Origin: Felis catus
Taxonomy: Eukaryota
DNA: 64,000 nt
Reading direction: 5' to 3'
Assembly: GCF_018350175.1 (NCBI RefSeq)
Contig: NC_058368.1
Location: forward strand, 57,476,001 to 57,540,000
Shown: positions 35,321 through 49,895 of the stretch, in pieces
How positions within the stretch are numbered: position 1 is the first letter of the stretch
How the letters are laid out: every line of letters starts with the position of its first letter
Notes under the pieces: generated by a model
The model's input: the letters and a program-made list of their open reading frames with translations, nothing else
Told to the model about the DNA's origin: nothing
Database searches by the model: none
Translations under genes and position numbers: made by a program

Positions 35321-36239
35321 AACTTATACATCTATTTCTAGTTTAACCTGAATGTTTAAAACCCTCCCTTCTCCCTGTTGGTCTGATCTCTTTTGCCAAT
35401 TCTTTTTTCTTGTCGCTTAAACTCTCTTTCACATTTTAACATCATTTTTCAATCTGTGCTCATTAAGGTTAATGTCCTCTGATCCATCTTTCAGTTGTCT
35501 TCTAGGTGTATAACGTGTTTTCGAGTCAGTCCTTTGCTAATTTATTTCAAATGACTCTGGTTTTCATTTTTTAAAGCTCTTTTTCATATTGCCTATATTT
35601 TTCATAGTATAAAATGTTTTGCTCATCATCTCATTCTTTCTTTAATGTCCTTAGTTACTTTAAATATATTTATTTACTATAAGGGTTCTTGGATCTTATT
35701 AATACTCCTGATTGTTATGTTTTCTGGTTCCATTATGTTTGTTTACTCTTATGTTTTTGAAATTTTTATTGTTTTACTTTAGGAACACTCTACTGCCATA
35801 CTTAAAAAAGAGTGTTGTTCACTGGCATCTTCCAGATAGTCCAGGGATTTCATTAGACTAGTAACAATTGTTTGTTACTTTTGAAGTTTGGGTACTTCTG
35901 TACCATGCATATTACACAAAAATCAAACCCCAAATCTGCAGCTAGCAGAAGCATGCATATTTTATTTTTTAATATTTACTAAGGGAATTTTGTTTACACA
36001 GAGTCCTGGGTAGAGAAAATCTTTTGGTCATTTTCCCTGAGATTCAGATTTTGTGGTTTCCCTAAAGTTAAAGATTCAGTGTTTGGAGAGTCTCAAATAC
36101 ATACAGGGATTTTCAGTTCCAACGTCAAAACCTCGCACAATCCCAAGACCTCATGCCCTGTCCTTGAGAAGATATTAAAATTCAATCAATCCATAATAAA
36201 AATATATGTATACATACATACACACATACATAAATGAGG

Positions 36240-36938
36240 TAAAAGAGAGATGTTTTCCTCATCATGAAATTTGAACTAGTAAGTACAACAGAAACGATGG
36301 AATTTGAAAATCCTATTCTTCACCAACATAGTCATAGTTGATTAAGACAAAAATCATCAGTGGATAGATGCTAAAAATAGGGGAAAAATGATGAGCAATA
36401 TATTACAGAATCCCAAAAGTATCTCCCCTCAAACGATGAATTGGAAAGGGAAAACAGTAACTTTACAGTGGAATTACATGGCTTCCACAAACTTAAGTCA
36501 TAAAATTGAATATCACCAATATTGAGGCCATCTGACATCATAGTGCACTGAGATCACCTCACATCTGTAATATTCTTGCCAAAAATAATTTTAAATACGT
36601 ATGATCCAAATATAATAAAACATCAAACAAACCTATATTCAGGGACAGATTACAAAATTATCTGTTAGTACTCTTAAAAATGTCAAGTTCATGAGAGAAC
36701 AAAAATGGTTAAAGAAACATTCTAGGTTGAAGAGAACATTATTAGGACAGTTGGCAAAGTTTGACTTGGGCCTGTGGATTCTTGTTATCAATGTCATCAA
36801 TATTAAATATCTGAATTTTGATACTTGTATTTTAGTCACAAAAGAGACCATCCTGTATTTAAGAAATACACACTCAATATTTATGGACAAAATGAGCATG
36901 AAAACTGTAATTTATTCTCAAATATTTTAGAAAAAACA

Positions 36939-36974
<36 letters not shown>

Positions 36975-37130
36975 CATATATATATATATGTTCATACATT
37001 TATGTATGTGTGCATAGATAAATAGAAAATAATAAATAGCCAAAAATGTTGATGATTGGCAAATATTTACCTTTTTTGCAATATTTCTCTACATTTAAAT
37101 TATATCCAAATTGAAATTTATAAAAAGTAA
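36240..37130 (+). mobile_element. Old L1 3'UTR (L1MC4/L1ME-like) with (TA)n
   Basis: aatcatcagtggat...gggaaaacagtaactttacagtgga...atattaaatatctgaattttgata. Confidence 0.7.
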
Positions 37131-38681
37131 AATCAGATATACATAGCAATTAAGTTCTATGTCTGCTATCTTCCTTGTCTTAAACATGCAGGGTCAATGT
37201 GCTATTTGCTTGGAGCCTTGCTCCTTTTAGCTTTCACTTTTCTTTTTGCTTCTATAAACAAATTTCCTCTATTCTTTGTACACTTAACTGGGTGCACTTT
37301 CTCCTTGTAATATTTTGCTTAGCTCTTTTACATTTTTGCAGTGAAAGGTGGTCGTCATTGTTAAAATTACAACTGTCCTATTTCTTGTTTCTAATTTGTC
37401 TTTTTAGGCATGTGCTTTCTGATTCCCTGCCTCAAAGGAGAGCTCCATAAAGCAAATTTAGCTCTTATTCATTTATAGTCTTTATTAGCAATTTGCTTAT
37501 TGGGGGTCTGTGTGGCTGGCTCACCTGGACTCAAAGGCTGGTTTTACCGTGCTCTGTGACGAGCATTGAGACACTAATCTCCTGTCTTCTTATAGGTTAA
37601 ATGAGGATAAAAATGATTATCTCATAAAACCAGCAGAATAGAGGCTCATTCAAGGATGACAGAGAAGGATGAGATTAGAATAGGTGAATTCTAACTTCTT
37701 GCAGAGAAATGTGAGCTGCAGAACAGCTCTTACATTAAGGAGATTTGAAACCTATTTTCTGGCTGTTAAAAATAAAACAGACTGATAAGAACTACTGAAA
37801 GAAGCAGGAGGCTATTGTGTTTATCATTTAACATTAATCCACATGGCAAATAATTATAGATCCACTTTCTGAGTCCTGCAGTTATGGAGAAAGTGAGTGA
37901 ATTAGGCCTAACCAGGATGGGAGAGATGGAAATTAAGGACAAAAACATTAGAAATTTTCTGAGAAAACAATAGCGGGACTACCTACATTGGAAATGAATT
38001 ATTAGCAGTAGAAACAAGTGAAAGATGGTGGCAAATGTTTAAATCTGGAGAATAAAAGATTTGAGCTTTCGGCAATACTAAAGCAAAAATTGGAAAAGAA
38101 CCTTAAGAAGGAAAATGTGGAATATGGCAATTTTTAAAAAAGACTTACTGTCATTATATTCTGTGTAACTACATGCTTTAATTATATGTGGTAAAAATCC
38201 ACTTCTTGTGCTCACTTTTATGTTTTCTTTCTGTTCTCTATTCTCATAGCCTCATCTTTGTTGCTCATATCATTTATATAAGCACACTTACAATCTGTCA
38301 ACATTCATCCTCTTAGTATTGAGGAAACTAGAGTTTTCAATATCTATATCAAATACATATTAATATCTATATCTATATACATATTAAAATTCTATAACAC
38401 AATGGGGGATACATTGAAAATATATATACATATATTATATATAATAAGGTATATATTGGTTAGTGCTTATCAGCAGGACTTTATTAATCTTACACATTCT
38501 TGAGTTCTTACTTTCATGTAGTCTTCAGGATAGATTTTTTTCAGGAAGAATATATTATTTATACAAAATGAGTTCTTTCATCTGTGTGAATGTTTGTCTG
38601 TTAAAATTATCTTACCCATGCATCTGAATCAGGATAGGTTATATTATCTAAAAAGGACACAAAATCAATCTCATTACTTAT

Positions 38682-38897
38682 TTAAAAATTTTTTAAAATA
38701 TTTATTTTTGAGAAGGGGAAAGAGAGACAGAGCATGAGCAGGGAGGGGCAGAGAGAAGGAGAGACAGAATCCGAAGTAGGCTCCAGACTCTGAGCTGTCA
38801 GCACAGAGCCTGACAGGGGGCTCTAACTCACTAACTACAAGATCATGACCTGAGCTAAAGTAGGAAGCTTAACCAACTGAGCCACCCAGGCACCCCC
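38682..38897 (-). mobile_element. Can-SINE
   Basis: Full body; TSD aatctca(g)ttactta. Confidence 0.93.
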
Positions 38898-39104
38898 AAT
38901 CTCAGTTACTTAAAACAACATACCTCTGTTACCTGTCATGCTAAATATCCATCACAAATCAAGCATAGGTTCCTTCCATTCTACTCAATTCTGAGCCCAA
39001 GGCTGACAAACTGAGGTTGATAAGCCAACAAAGGGAAAAGAATGTTCTGGGTTTTAATTACCCAAAGGACAATCCCTAGCCTTGTATGACTATCAATTTT
39101 CAGC

Positions 39105-39235
39105 TCGTTAAAATTAAATAAAATTAAAAGTTCAGTTTCTGAGTCACACTACCCACACAGCCACATGTGGCTAATGACTACTGGATTGGAAGACACACTA
39201 TTGTCCCTCATCATGTAAAGTTCTGTTGGATAACT
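39105..39235. mobile_element. MER3-like MITE fragment
   Basis: aaattaaaagttcagtttctgagtcacacta...agccacatgtggcta...aaagttctgttgga. Confidence 0.65.
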
Positions 39236-40425
39236 TTCCACTGAAAGATCTGACTTGAGCACTCATCTGGGAATGAGGCAGGCACTTCTGCTCTCAATTG
39301 ATTGGTCACAGGTAGCTATGTGGCCTCAGCCAAACTCAAAGGAGTTAGTAACTTCATGTCCACCACTCTACATGAAGAGAGAATTTTTTTAATAAAATAT
39401 TTGTAGAAATATTTAGCAAATGATTAATTTCAATTGGCATAATTTTAGAACTGTCAAAGTTTCCTCAAATCATTTCACAAAATTATACCAGTATTTTCTG
39501 GCTGAGATTTTGCAAAGAAGTCTTAAATTGATATTTTCACCCTCTCTTCACTGTAAAGGTTTTTTTCTTTTGCTTTTTATATTCCTGCCAAGACAGCTGT
39601 TGTATTTTTCATTGTTGGAATTTCATAATTTAAAAAGGATATGTACTGAATAAATCATTTGGTAACACTTTTCATCTTATATGATGCAGCATTAAAGTCA
39701 ATAAATTCAGTTCCTTCATATCAACGCAAAACTTTCCTTATATCTCTGAATTGTTTATATCTTCTGCTGTATCATGGCCAATAATTATTAATACATTGAC
39801 TAAAAAAACCCCTGTATCCCCTCTCTGTTTCTAATCTTGCAATATATTTTGTTTCTTTATTCATTATAATTATTACAAACTAAATCTTCATGCTGAAATT
39901 CAATTTTCAGCTGAGTCAGTTCTGTTTCTTGCTGTTTCTGTTTAAATTATTAAATCAATAATTTATACTTCTGATTCATGCTTGTTGCCTTGCCTCCTTA
40001 AATTCTCTATATAATTTTATCTTTTATGTCTGAGAACTTATTCTAATAAATTTATGTGTTAATTATTTTTATAGCAGATTGAAGCACTTTTAAAAGAGAG
40101 GTTTTCTGTATTATAGTTTAAATTTTGTCCCCTATTGTTTTATTTCTTTTGCATGTTATAATCTCACTCTATTTTCATATGAATTTTGTCTTAGGACCCC
40201 TCGACTTCTCTCTCTTTTTCTGCTCTTTTCCTCCTTTTCCCCCTTCCCTTTTTAAGAAATTTATTTCTGCTCATCCATTTTACTTATGACCTGTATTTCT
40301 TTTCTTTACAGCTGTAATTTAAGGTATGGATGTTTTCCTCAATCAATATATTCGTAATCTTAATTACAAGAAAGGGGGAAAAGGAGCTAAGGTCATGCTA
40401 TACTTGAAAGGGAACCTGGGGTCTC

Positions 40426-40426
40426 T

Positions 40427-40465
<39 letters not shown>
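40426..40465. repeat. (TTTA)n microsatellite
   Basis: Direct reading. Confidence 0.9.
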
Positions 40466-40466
<1 letters not shown>

Positions 40467-40596
40467 AACCATTTTGAGTGTCCCATAACAGAACTTTCTC
40501 CTCCCTGACAGGAGTACACCAATCTCACATAGGTTGTAGCTTCTTTCCCTATCTTAAAACAATTGTCCTGGAGAGCAGCATGCTCTGATTGCCCAG

Positions 40597-40798
40597 TTTT
40601 CTTCTTTTTTATTTTTTACTTATTTTTTTTAACATTTATTTATTTTGAGAGACACAGAGAGACAGAGAATGAGTGGGGGAGGGGCAGAGAGAGAAGGAGA
40701 CACAGAATCCGAAGCAGGCTCCAGGCTCTGAGATGTCAGCACAGAGCCCAACATTGGGCTTGAGCGGAACTCGCGGAACTCAGGATCCGCGAGATCAT
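40597..40798 (-). mobile_element. Can-SINE lacking its 5' ~50 bp
   Basis: Body stops at gagatcat; no TSD seen. Confidence 0.88.
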
Positions 40799-41244
40799 AA
40801 TCAAATAAGGAAGATGCTGAAGGAAGGTTTATCTATCTTTACCCATCAGCAAGCAATTTACTGATAGCAAAATTCATAGTAATAATAGAATAACAATAGG
40901 ATGGATATGTTTAAATAATATAAAATCAAAATATCCTGTTAACTACACCTATCCAATATATACTTTACAGATACTGGCGCTTGAATTGACTAATATTCCA
41001 TGATAGGATACGGATAGAAATTGAGAGTAAGCATTTAAGAACGTTTGTCTCAATTTAACAGAGTAATCTTTTATGCATTGAACCTAAAAATAAAAATAAT
41101 TAGGCTTATATTTTGTATATATTTGATATTTAATTTCTTTTTAGTACTAATTTTATTTAATAAATTGTGTATAAATTAAAAAGTTATATAAAACCAAAAT
41201 TGGAAGTTAACCAAAATTACTCCCTCTCCACAGATTGAGAAGCA

Positions 41245-42460
41245 CATTAAAAAATGAATCTTAACCTTTACCTCAGTCATATACAAAAATTAACTTGAAA
41301 TTAATCATAGATATAACTATAAGAGTTAAAACTATGAAAACTTTAGAAGAAAACTTAAAAGAAAATCTTAGTGATCTTGGATTTGGCAAACATTCCTAAA
41401 TAAAATATAGAAAGAAATTTTTTTATAGTTATAGGAAATATGGATAAACTGAACATGATCAAAGTGTTCTTTAAAAGATAATGTGAAAACATGTTCTTCA
41501 AAAGACAGTGTTAAGAAAATTAAAGAGAAATCCATATGTATAGTAGATATATGATAAAGAATTTATATCCAGAATATAAAAAGAATGCCTACAATTCAAT
41601 AAGAAAATTTTAAATCACAAAGGATTTGCTCCTGTGCTGCACCTAAGAAGACTGGAAATAATAACATGAAACAGGGCCCAATGTAATTAACAATTAGGGA
41701 TATACAAATTAAAAGTATAATGATATACCACTATATCCTACTGAAGTGGCTATACTGAAAAACACAGAAAATAAAAAGTGCTGGAGAAAATATAGAGAAA
41801 TTGGAACTCATAGTTTACTAGTTAGAAGCCAAAATGGTTCAGCCACTTTGGAAAACAGATTGCAGTTTTATTTTGTTTTGTTTTGTTTTGTTTTAAATAA
41901 AATTAAGCATTTACCTACCATATGACCTAGTAATTCCACTCTGAACTATATACTAAAGTAAAATGAAAACCTAGGCCCACACAAAGACTTTTACTCAAAT
42001 ATTCACAATAGCTTTGTTTATAATAAGCAAGACTTGGAAACAACACAAATAACCATCAGTTTAGGCATGAATAAACAAATTCTGGTTTATCCATTCATTG
42101 GACTACAACTATGCAATAAAAAGGAGAAGGCTATAGCTGCAACCACCACACAAATGTATCTAAGAAGCATGATGTTGAGTGAAAAGGGACAAATATAGAA
42201 AACCATATATTATACAGTATCATTTTTATTCGATAAACCTATGATGACAAAATCAAAATCAGGGGGATGTAGAGAGAGTACTTACTGCAATGGGAGATAA
42301 ATTAACATTTTAGGTGATGGGAATGTCCTACCTAATAACTTTGGTGGTGATTACATGACTGCATAACTGTATACAACTGTCAAATATATCAAATTTATAC
42401 TTAATACTGTTGAATTTTAATGATTGTAAAGCAGACCTCTAAAGGTGACTTTTTAAAAAG
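41245..42460 (+). mobile_element. Old L1 (L1MD/ME-like) ORF2 3' part and 3'UTR
   Basis: atatacaaaaattaacttgaaa, aaaatggttcagccactttggaaaacag, taccatatgacctagtaattccact. Confidence 0.85.
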
Positions 42461-42899
42461 CTAAAGAATAGGCTAGAATTACAGATTTGACTGTTCTTCA
42501 TGTGGATGTAGAAGAGGGAACTTTCAGAATTCATTTATATAGCACATGATTAGAGGTTTGGAATTACCTTTTAACTCCAGGCTTTTTAGATAGAAAGTTA
42601 AACAGTATATGTGAGCAACCAAAGACACTGAAAAAGAAAATCTTCTAGTTTGCCTAATTTTAGTCATTTAGACTATCCACGGTCTCTTCATGCTATCTAA
42701 ATTGCTTTGCTTTCATAATTTGGAATGAAATATAAATTCAGGGATTAAAAGAAAAAAAAATAAAACCCAGCCCCAGTCCAAACAAATCCAAAATTCCTGA
42801 CTGTAGACACAGCTCTGCATACATAGTTAGGGATATGAATTTCACATTCACTGTTCTGAGACTGTTTTACATTGGAACAATAACTTAAAAATGAGAAAA

Positions 42900-43070
42900 A
42901 GAATTCCAATTGCTCCACATTCTTTCCAATCCTTTTTTTTTAATAATAGCCATAATGACAGGATGGGTTAATTGTAAGATTTGAAACTGAAATGTCTAGA
43001 AGAAAACATGGGGGAAATCTCCAGGACATTGGTCTTGGCAATAATTCCATAGATGTTACAACAAAAGCTT
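42900..43070. mobile_element. Two short L1 ORF2 pieces in opposite orientation
   Basis: The antisense piece ttccaattgctccacattct...aatagccat is joined to the sense piece ctagaagaaaacatgggggaaatctccaggacattggtcttggcaa. Confidence 0.6.
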
Positions 43071-46000
43071 TGACTGGAATACAAGAGTTTTATAGTTTTC
43101 CATGTTTTTTCTGACTTTCAGGAAGCTATTTATACTCTGGAGTTACTCTAATATTTGAATTGCAATGCTTCATGGTCAAAAGGTTAATTCCAAAAATTTT
43201 CCTTCTCCCTCACGCATTTTCCTAACATTTTAGGTAATTCTTTGAGCTGGAGTCTGGCTTGGCTATAAGTAAAACTTTTCTTATGCCCCAGTCTAGTAGA
43301 AAATTCCTTGTCAGTGCTCAAAAAATAAATATTCTGCAAGTAAACAATCCCAGTTCCCCACTCCCCTGCCAAGTAATATGACAGAAACAGAGCCATGTGA
43401 GGTTAAACCTATGAAGACACACTAATATCTGAGCCCCCATGGATTTATTTACTGGCAACTAAAAGGAATATCATTTTGGTATTTGTAGAATTTATCTTAT
43501 CCAAACCCATGCCTCCCTTTCTCTCTTTTATTAAAGAACCTATATATGTTCAAAGACTCACTTATCTTAAAAAAATTCTCCTCAGAGGCTGAGACATGAG
43601 AGAGATGCTTCTTTGCTATGCATATATTCATCACAGGAGAGATGTGTCTCTTTGAGCATGAAGTGGTGTGTCGGACCAATAATGTGAAACTTTTGCTTTT
43701 CTGCTTGAATTAAAATATTGCTCTGGGCTCTTACCCCACTCAACAAAGCACAGGCTTTTATTTGGTATCATTTTTATTGCTGCTCTGCAAGTTCTATTTT
43801 ATTCTTGAATAAGGAAGTCATGCTGTGAAGTAAAGGCTCTGTTCACTTTAAAGTACCTAAAGCCTTTGGAAAATGGCTTTAAACCATGTTCTGCATCAGC
43901 TGAGCATGGTAGAATTTATATAATTGTCAAAGTCATGGATTTCACCTTACACTCTAAGCAAACCAAGAAAGCTCCAGAAATAACCCAACAAAATTTTCTC
44001 CAGATATATTACACTTCTTTGTATATACTTGATTAAGTATTTGTAAGACCCTCCTCAGTAAGAAAAGGTCACCCAATTTATGTCATAGTTGATGCACCGG
44101 AAATCCTCAGTAGATGAGTTTGTCTCCTAACGTTCTGACTCTAATGTGTAATAAGTACCTATGGCTTTAGGGAGTCAAAGAAGACTGTTTAAGAAGGATC
44201 TGAGAGCCCCTGCTTATGCAAATGACTTTTAGAGCTCATTCTGTGTTGAGGTGTTTGAAAAGAGAAATTTGGTATCTTTTCCATCTAATACAGTTTTAAC
44301 ACATACGTAAGATTGCTTCCCTTTTTAAAAAATTCATCTTCCTATTTATCTGCCCAACGACCCTGCAACAAAATACAGAGTGCTTTCCAATAGTTTAGGT
44401 AGAGAAAATTTGAAAACTGTCAGAGTACAACTTCTCTTTTGAGAATACTGGCCAGAGAGTTCTTCAGTTTTAGTGACTTCTTTCAAAGTGTTTGATTGAT
44501 AGATAGACTAATGTTATTTTTAATATCATGTCTCAATATTTAGATTAAGATGTCTTCACAAATATAATTGATTCTGAATAAGCACATTAAATATCAACTA
44601 TGATTATCTTTGGCTGTGTACAACAGTTACTTAACAAATGCAAGTTTTATTTTTCTTAGATAATCCGCAGTTTGGGGATGAGCAACTATGGCTGGTACAA
44701 GTATCACACTCCAGGTCCCATCTACTCTGGTTGTCTATTTTTCTTAGTTTGTAGCTTCCTTCCCCACTGTCACAGGATGTTACTTTATCTTCTATCAAGT
44801 GTGTGTTCGAGGCAAGAAGAAGAAACCCAAAGGGAAAATACGCATATCAGCTGAAACAGGAGAGAGCTACCACTTGATATCATTAGTTACACAGTAATAT
44901 TATATACATTGATATAATTATTGCATGTATAGAATTATACATTGTATACAATGATACATTATACCAATGCAATGACATTCTAATCCTTATAGCTTTGTTT
45001 CAGAATAAATTTGAAGCAGCAGCATTTTATGAAGCTTTCCTCCAAAGAATATATTTTGTATACCAGATTACATTTCATACTCTATATAAAAGTCTAAAAG
45101 GCTGAGAAATCAAATCTTTTGAAAAAGAAAAATAAGACGTGGTATTAGGCAGGCAAGCAGTAATATTTGTCACATTATGAAAACTATGTATGTTATAAAC
45201 CTCAGTATAACTATGGTTCAGTATACACTTATAATAAATAATTTAATAAAACTAGTTGATGACAATTTGTACAGTTTTTGAATAGAGAAAATTACAATTG
45301 TCACAGTGGAAAAAACATACTGATATGAAGGAGTAATAACAATGTTTACTGAATAAGCATTGATCTAGTTGTATTTCCAAGTACTGTTTATAGTTTTATA
45401 GATACATGTGCTAAAAAAATGCCAGAGTCAGTAAATTAAAAATATGCATATTTAATTATACTTGTTGTCCAAACTTCTAAATGAGGCAAATTATCCCTGA
45501 AAAAAAATCTTGATATAGAAGGACAAAAGCTGTAGTATATAGTCTTTAAAAGTCTGTAGTATTTAATAACTTTAACCCCAGAAAACATTCTTTTTGTATA
45601 CACTTGGATGTTAATGCCTACAAAGGTGTATTAACATAATTGTGCATACTTACTTACTTAGGACATATTTGTTTGCACAATATTTCTTTCATGTTTGCTT
45701 CTTTTATCTATCCCCACATGAATTTCTTCATGAATTTCTGCTATGTTACTTTTTTATTCTCCACCGAGTCACCCCCAAAATAAGACTTCCCTTTATGGCC
45801 AGAAACTTCCTGTACAGTTTTTGTCATGAATGTTGTTTTCTCCCAATTCTCTATTCTAATAATTCTCACTTTTCCACTGTCACTCTATACATGAAATTCT
45901 TATTTCTGGCACTCCCCCTATGAGGATACATGCAGTCTCTCCTTATTTCCTCCTTGATGTCTTGTCCCCCAATGTAGGACAACAGACCTCTGTCTCTGCC

Positions 46001-46099
46001 ATCATATTAACCTCAATTATAGACAAATACAGCATTTTAATGTTTATTATACATTTGTTAAAAATAACGCTACAAGAAGTCTGAGAATCCATCAGCTCT

Positions 46100-47400
46100 A
46101 CCTCACTGCTAAATGAGAGTTAATAGTGATAATTGTCCTCTAGGCAAAGCCAAGATGTCACAACTGTCTCTTCAAGTGATTGCTAAACTTATTCTCCATC
46201 TGATTTTTTTCCCGTTAAGCCCACACAGATTTCAGTCCTTGCTTTGATTTGACTGTAAACGTTAAGAGGTGAAAGTTTATTCAGTCATTATCTCTTCCCT
46301 TACTTGACATCTTCCTAATTCTCTCTTTCTCCTCCTCCTCCTTTTCCCTCTCTTCCATTTCTGCAATATTCTCTAATGTTTCCTCTTAAAATATCCCCCC
46401 ACTCTCCAAAACATTTCCCCTACTCTATAACAGAGGAAAAATTTGCCAGTTATTTTTTCTATATTGGAAAATAAGATGACAGAATAGAAGAATAGCTTTC
46501 ATTTGCTTATAAAAACATTGTTTTTTTTTCTCTTATTGTTCATCTCTAAGTTTCTTAAATAAGTTTTCTGTACTGTCAACTCCAATTTCTCATTCACTAT
46601 TCCCTCCATAGTTCTGTAGAATTTGATTTCCTTCCTAATAACCACATTTAAACTATTCTATAAGTTTGCCTATAATTTTCTCCCACTAGATACTGCCTTG
46701 CTTTCTTTCCTCTTTAAAAGTTGCTATTACTGACTATTATCTTTCTCAAAATCACCTTTTTTGACTTCTGTGATACTGTTCACATTTTTCTTTCCCTCAC
46801 TCCCTTTCTTCCCCGTGTCAGTGTCTGGCATCTCTGTGCTTTGCTTGAACAGGAACCTCTGGTGATATTAGTAGATAACCACCATATTTGCAGCTCTCAC
46901 GGAACCTCCTTCTACTTTTTATTCTTTTTACCTAGTAACTCCTCTGCTTGGAAATGCATTTATTATCTCTCTCATTCGAGTAATAACCTTTCTAAATGTC
47001 TCTGCCTCCATTTACCTGCACCACTTAGTGTGGGTACTTTAGATTTTTGTTTGTTTTTTTCTATCCAGCTACCCTTTCAGGGTGCTCACCCTCTTTTACT
47101 CACCTATAAATCATGTGCTTACTTATCCCTCAGTCTTTAAGATTTAACTCATTATTTGTATTCCATAGCTTTGACCTTATTCCAGGCCCCTCTCTTCTCA
47201 TGCATGCAAAACTCTACTGGCTCTCACTCATGTTTTCAGATGATTCTATATGATGATGCCAAAATAATCCACATTGAGTAGCACTATAACAGTAGTCAGT
47301 AACCATCTATTCATTACCTATGATATCAAAACTCATGTTCTTTGAAAAGTTAAGACTCAATTACACATTCATTTGCCTTTTAAACTTTAATTGCAGGTAA
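46100..47400 (+). mobile_element. Degraded L2 fragments
   Basis: Pyrimidine-rich L2-like motifs, e.g. ttgacttctgtgatactg and ttattccaggcccctctcttctca. Confidence 0.4.
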
Positions 47401-49895
47401 ACTATTACCTATTTGGTCAAAAGAATATTTGTCATGCCTGTCAATCATCCCCTGTGTCCTTATTCACAAGTGAATGAACTGGTATGTCATCTTTACTCTC
47501 TTGAGAATCCTAAATCAGATTCAAACATGTCTTTCAAGCCTAAATCATGCCACTGTCATGATTTCTAATTTTATATTCTTTTAGTTGCCATGTGATAGAA
47601 AAAAAATCATCTCCTTTTATTTTATACCTTTAATACATATTATGCTACCTAGCTTCCTGTAAAATAAATATTAAAACTTGATAGCTGTATATTATGAAAT
47701 GAACAGTTATGTAGTTTTGTTACATAGAAATTTTTACAAACTCACATATAGGCTACACATTTTTGATAATTGCTAAATAAGTAATAATGCCGACACTCTT
47801 TCTTCTGTATTTCAGTTTTCAATAACCTTGTATCAGAAGAAGAGGATATTTTGGCATTCAATCTCATCTTTTCATTTAACCTCAACTCATGAAAAATAAG
47901 TTTCAATATAAAAATATTGGCAAGTGAGAGTTCACCTGACTGAAATTTTGTCCCTGACAAGTATGCAACTTTTAGAGAGTAGGTGATATAAAGAAACTGA
48001 AATAATTTTGTTTATACTAAGTGTTTTGGGAAAAAAAACCTGAATTCTCAAAAAACGTTTTAAATATCTTAAGAAAAAAACTAATCAAGGCTATATAATT
48101 GCAAGCAATGTAAAAGTATATCTGCCTCCAAAATTAACTTCAAATATGCAGTAACATTTTGTTTTCATATGTATATATATGCGAAGCAATTTAAAGTATC
48201 TCATCTATTTGCTAAAAGGTAATTTTTAGCATTGTTATATATTAAATATATTTTAAAAGGATAATCTTTGATTTATGCTAATAGACTGAAAACTCATACT
48301 TTCTGGTACATTAACAAATCTCATTTCATCAATTTGGAAGTTACTCTCATTCTCTATTAAAAAGTGTGGACAGCCCAATTTTTTATATTAATTACCAACT
48401 GATCTCATCCTCTCCATTTATAACCAATATATAACCTCAGAATCTAATTCATCAAATTAAATAATTTAATATTTCAGGATTTACTCTTTTAACGTTATAC
48501 AATAGAGGTATCTAATAAAATATATGTCATTTGTTTTTTAATAGAAAACTTTCACTTATCTTAAGGAAAAAAAAAGAAATGCTATTAAGCTATCAACAAG
48601 TATGACATGTTTTCAGTTTCCTAAGGTTATTATGATTTACAAAGATTCATTATTCTGTTCATTTAAGAATACCACTCACAACTTTTCTATTTTAGTTTCT
48701 ACTCCTTCTGCTTAGAGAACTGTCTGACAAATAGTTGAGAAACCTCCCACAACAGGGTGATGAATGGAAGAGAAACTTCTTATGGTATGAATGACTTTAA
48801 GGGAACATTTTGAATATAAGTGTATTTGTGAAATTTTAGCCCATTGTAATATTTTATTTCCTAGTGTGTATGAGGTAGGAGAGAAATATTTCTATCAGTC
48901 ATGGTATATATAATCTATCAAATAATCAGGTTTTAATTTAATGCAAGTCATAGGACTCTTCAAAAGAGAATTATTACCTTGGAAATTATCATTAGGTTGT
49001 ATTCAAGTACCACATAGTCTTTAAGTTTAAAATCCAAAGAAATACTTAAATGTTACACACCTTTTTGTACAATGCTTACAAATCCAGGGATATTTCAGCA
49101 ATAAGGAATGGTAAGCCCACAATTTTCCTGATAATTACGATGGCAAGTCTTTGACTAAATTTACCTCTTTCTAGCTTTTCCTTAGATACTTATGCATCTA
49201 GACATGTATTTATTGTACGGGCTGATTATTACAAGCATTGAGAGGTTAGTCCCTTAATTGGGCAACCAATGAAAAAGATGCATTCTTTTTATTTATCAAG
49301 ATAATTGATCCTTGGACTCCTGCTGGCATTTGACTTGTCCTAAAGAAACACACATTTTATAGTATGTATATAAGTATATAATACAATGCTTGACACTGAC
49401 TGAGCACTCAATTTTAATGTTTTTTTCTTTATTCCTTTTTGCCTAAGTACTATTTCTCCTCCAGCTACAAGGCCTATAAAATGAATATTACTCACTTGAA
49501 AATACAGTGGCATAAGTATATGCTATAGGGCCAGTAGTGATTAAACAGTAAACTCTATAGCATAAATTCTGTAGCTGAGAGAATACTCGCATTAGCTATC
49601 TTTTACTGTATAAAAAAACACAAAAAAATACATTACCAAACCAAATAAAACACCACCATTTATTCAGCTCAAAATTCTGTGGATCAACAAGTAGGCCATG
49701 CTTAGAAAAGCAGTGCTTTTGTTGGCCTCTCGTGGGCTGCTTTCTGTACCTGTCATCAGGTGTTGTTAGTGTCATCAGCCACCAACAAAGTGGCTCTGCT
49801 TCTTCACTTGACTAATGATTAGCCAAGAAGAGAGGAAAAACTAGGTCATGTGTCATCTTGCAGGCTAGGATGGGCTTGCTCATGGACAATTTAAA

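Larger units (their letters stand above)
38624..39380 (-). mobile_element. MLT1J/K-like LTR containing a SINE and MER3
   Basis: tcaggataggtta...aatctcagttacttaaaacaaca...cacttctgctc...attggtca. Confidence 0.55.

Noticed and set aside
43556..43705. Minus-strand exon candidate ending at a gtgagt donor
   Set aside because: Poor acceptor tract, weak exonic donor bases, and an unrecognisable peptide.
46721..47140. Longest ORF (139 aa)
   Set aside because: Non-ATG start, pyrimidine-rich low-complexity/L2-like DNA, no recognisable domain.
49099..49110. 12-nt microexon candidate (cag|caataaggaatg|gtaagc)
   Set aside because: Lacks the long polypyrimidine tract expected upstream of microexons.
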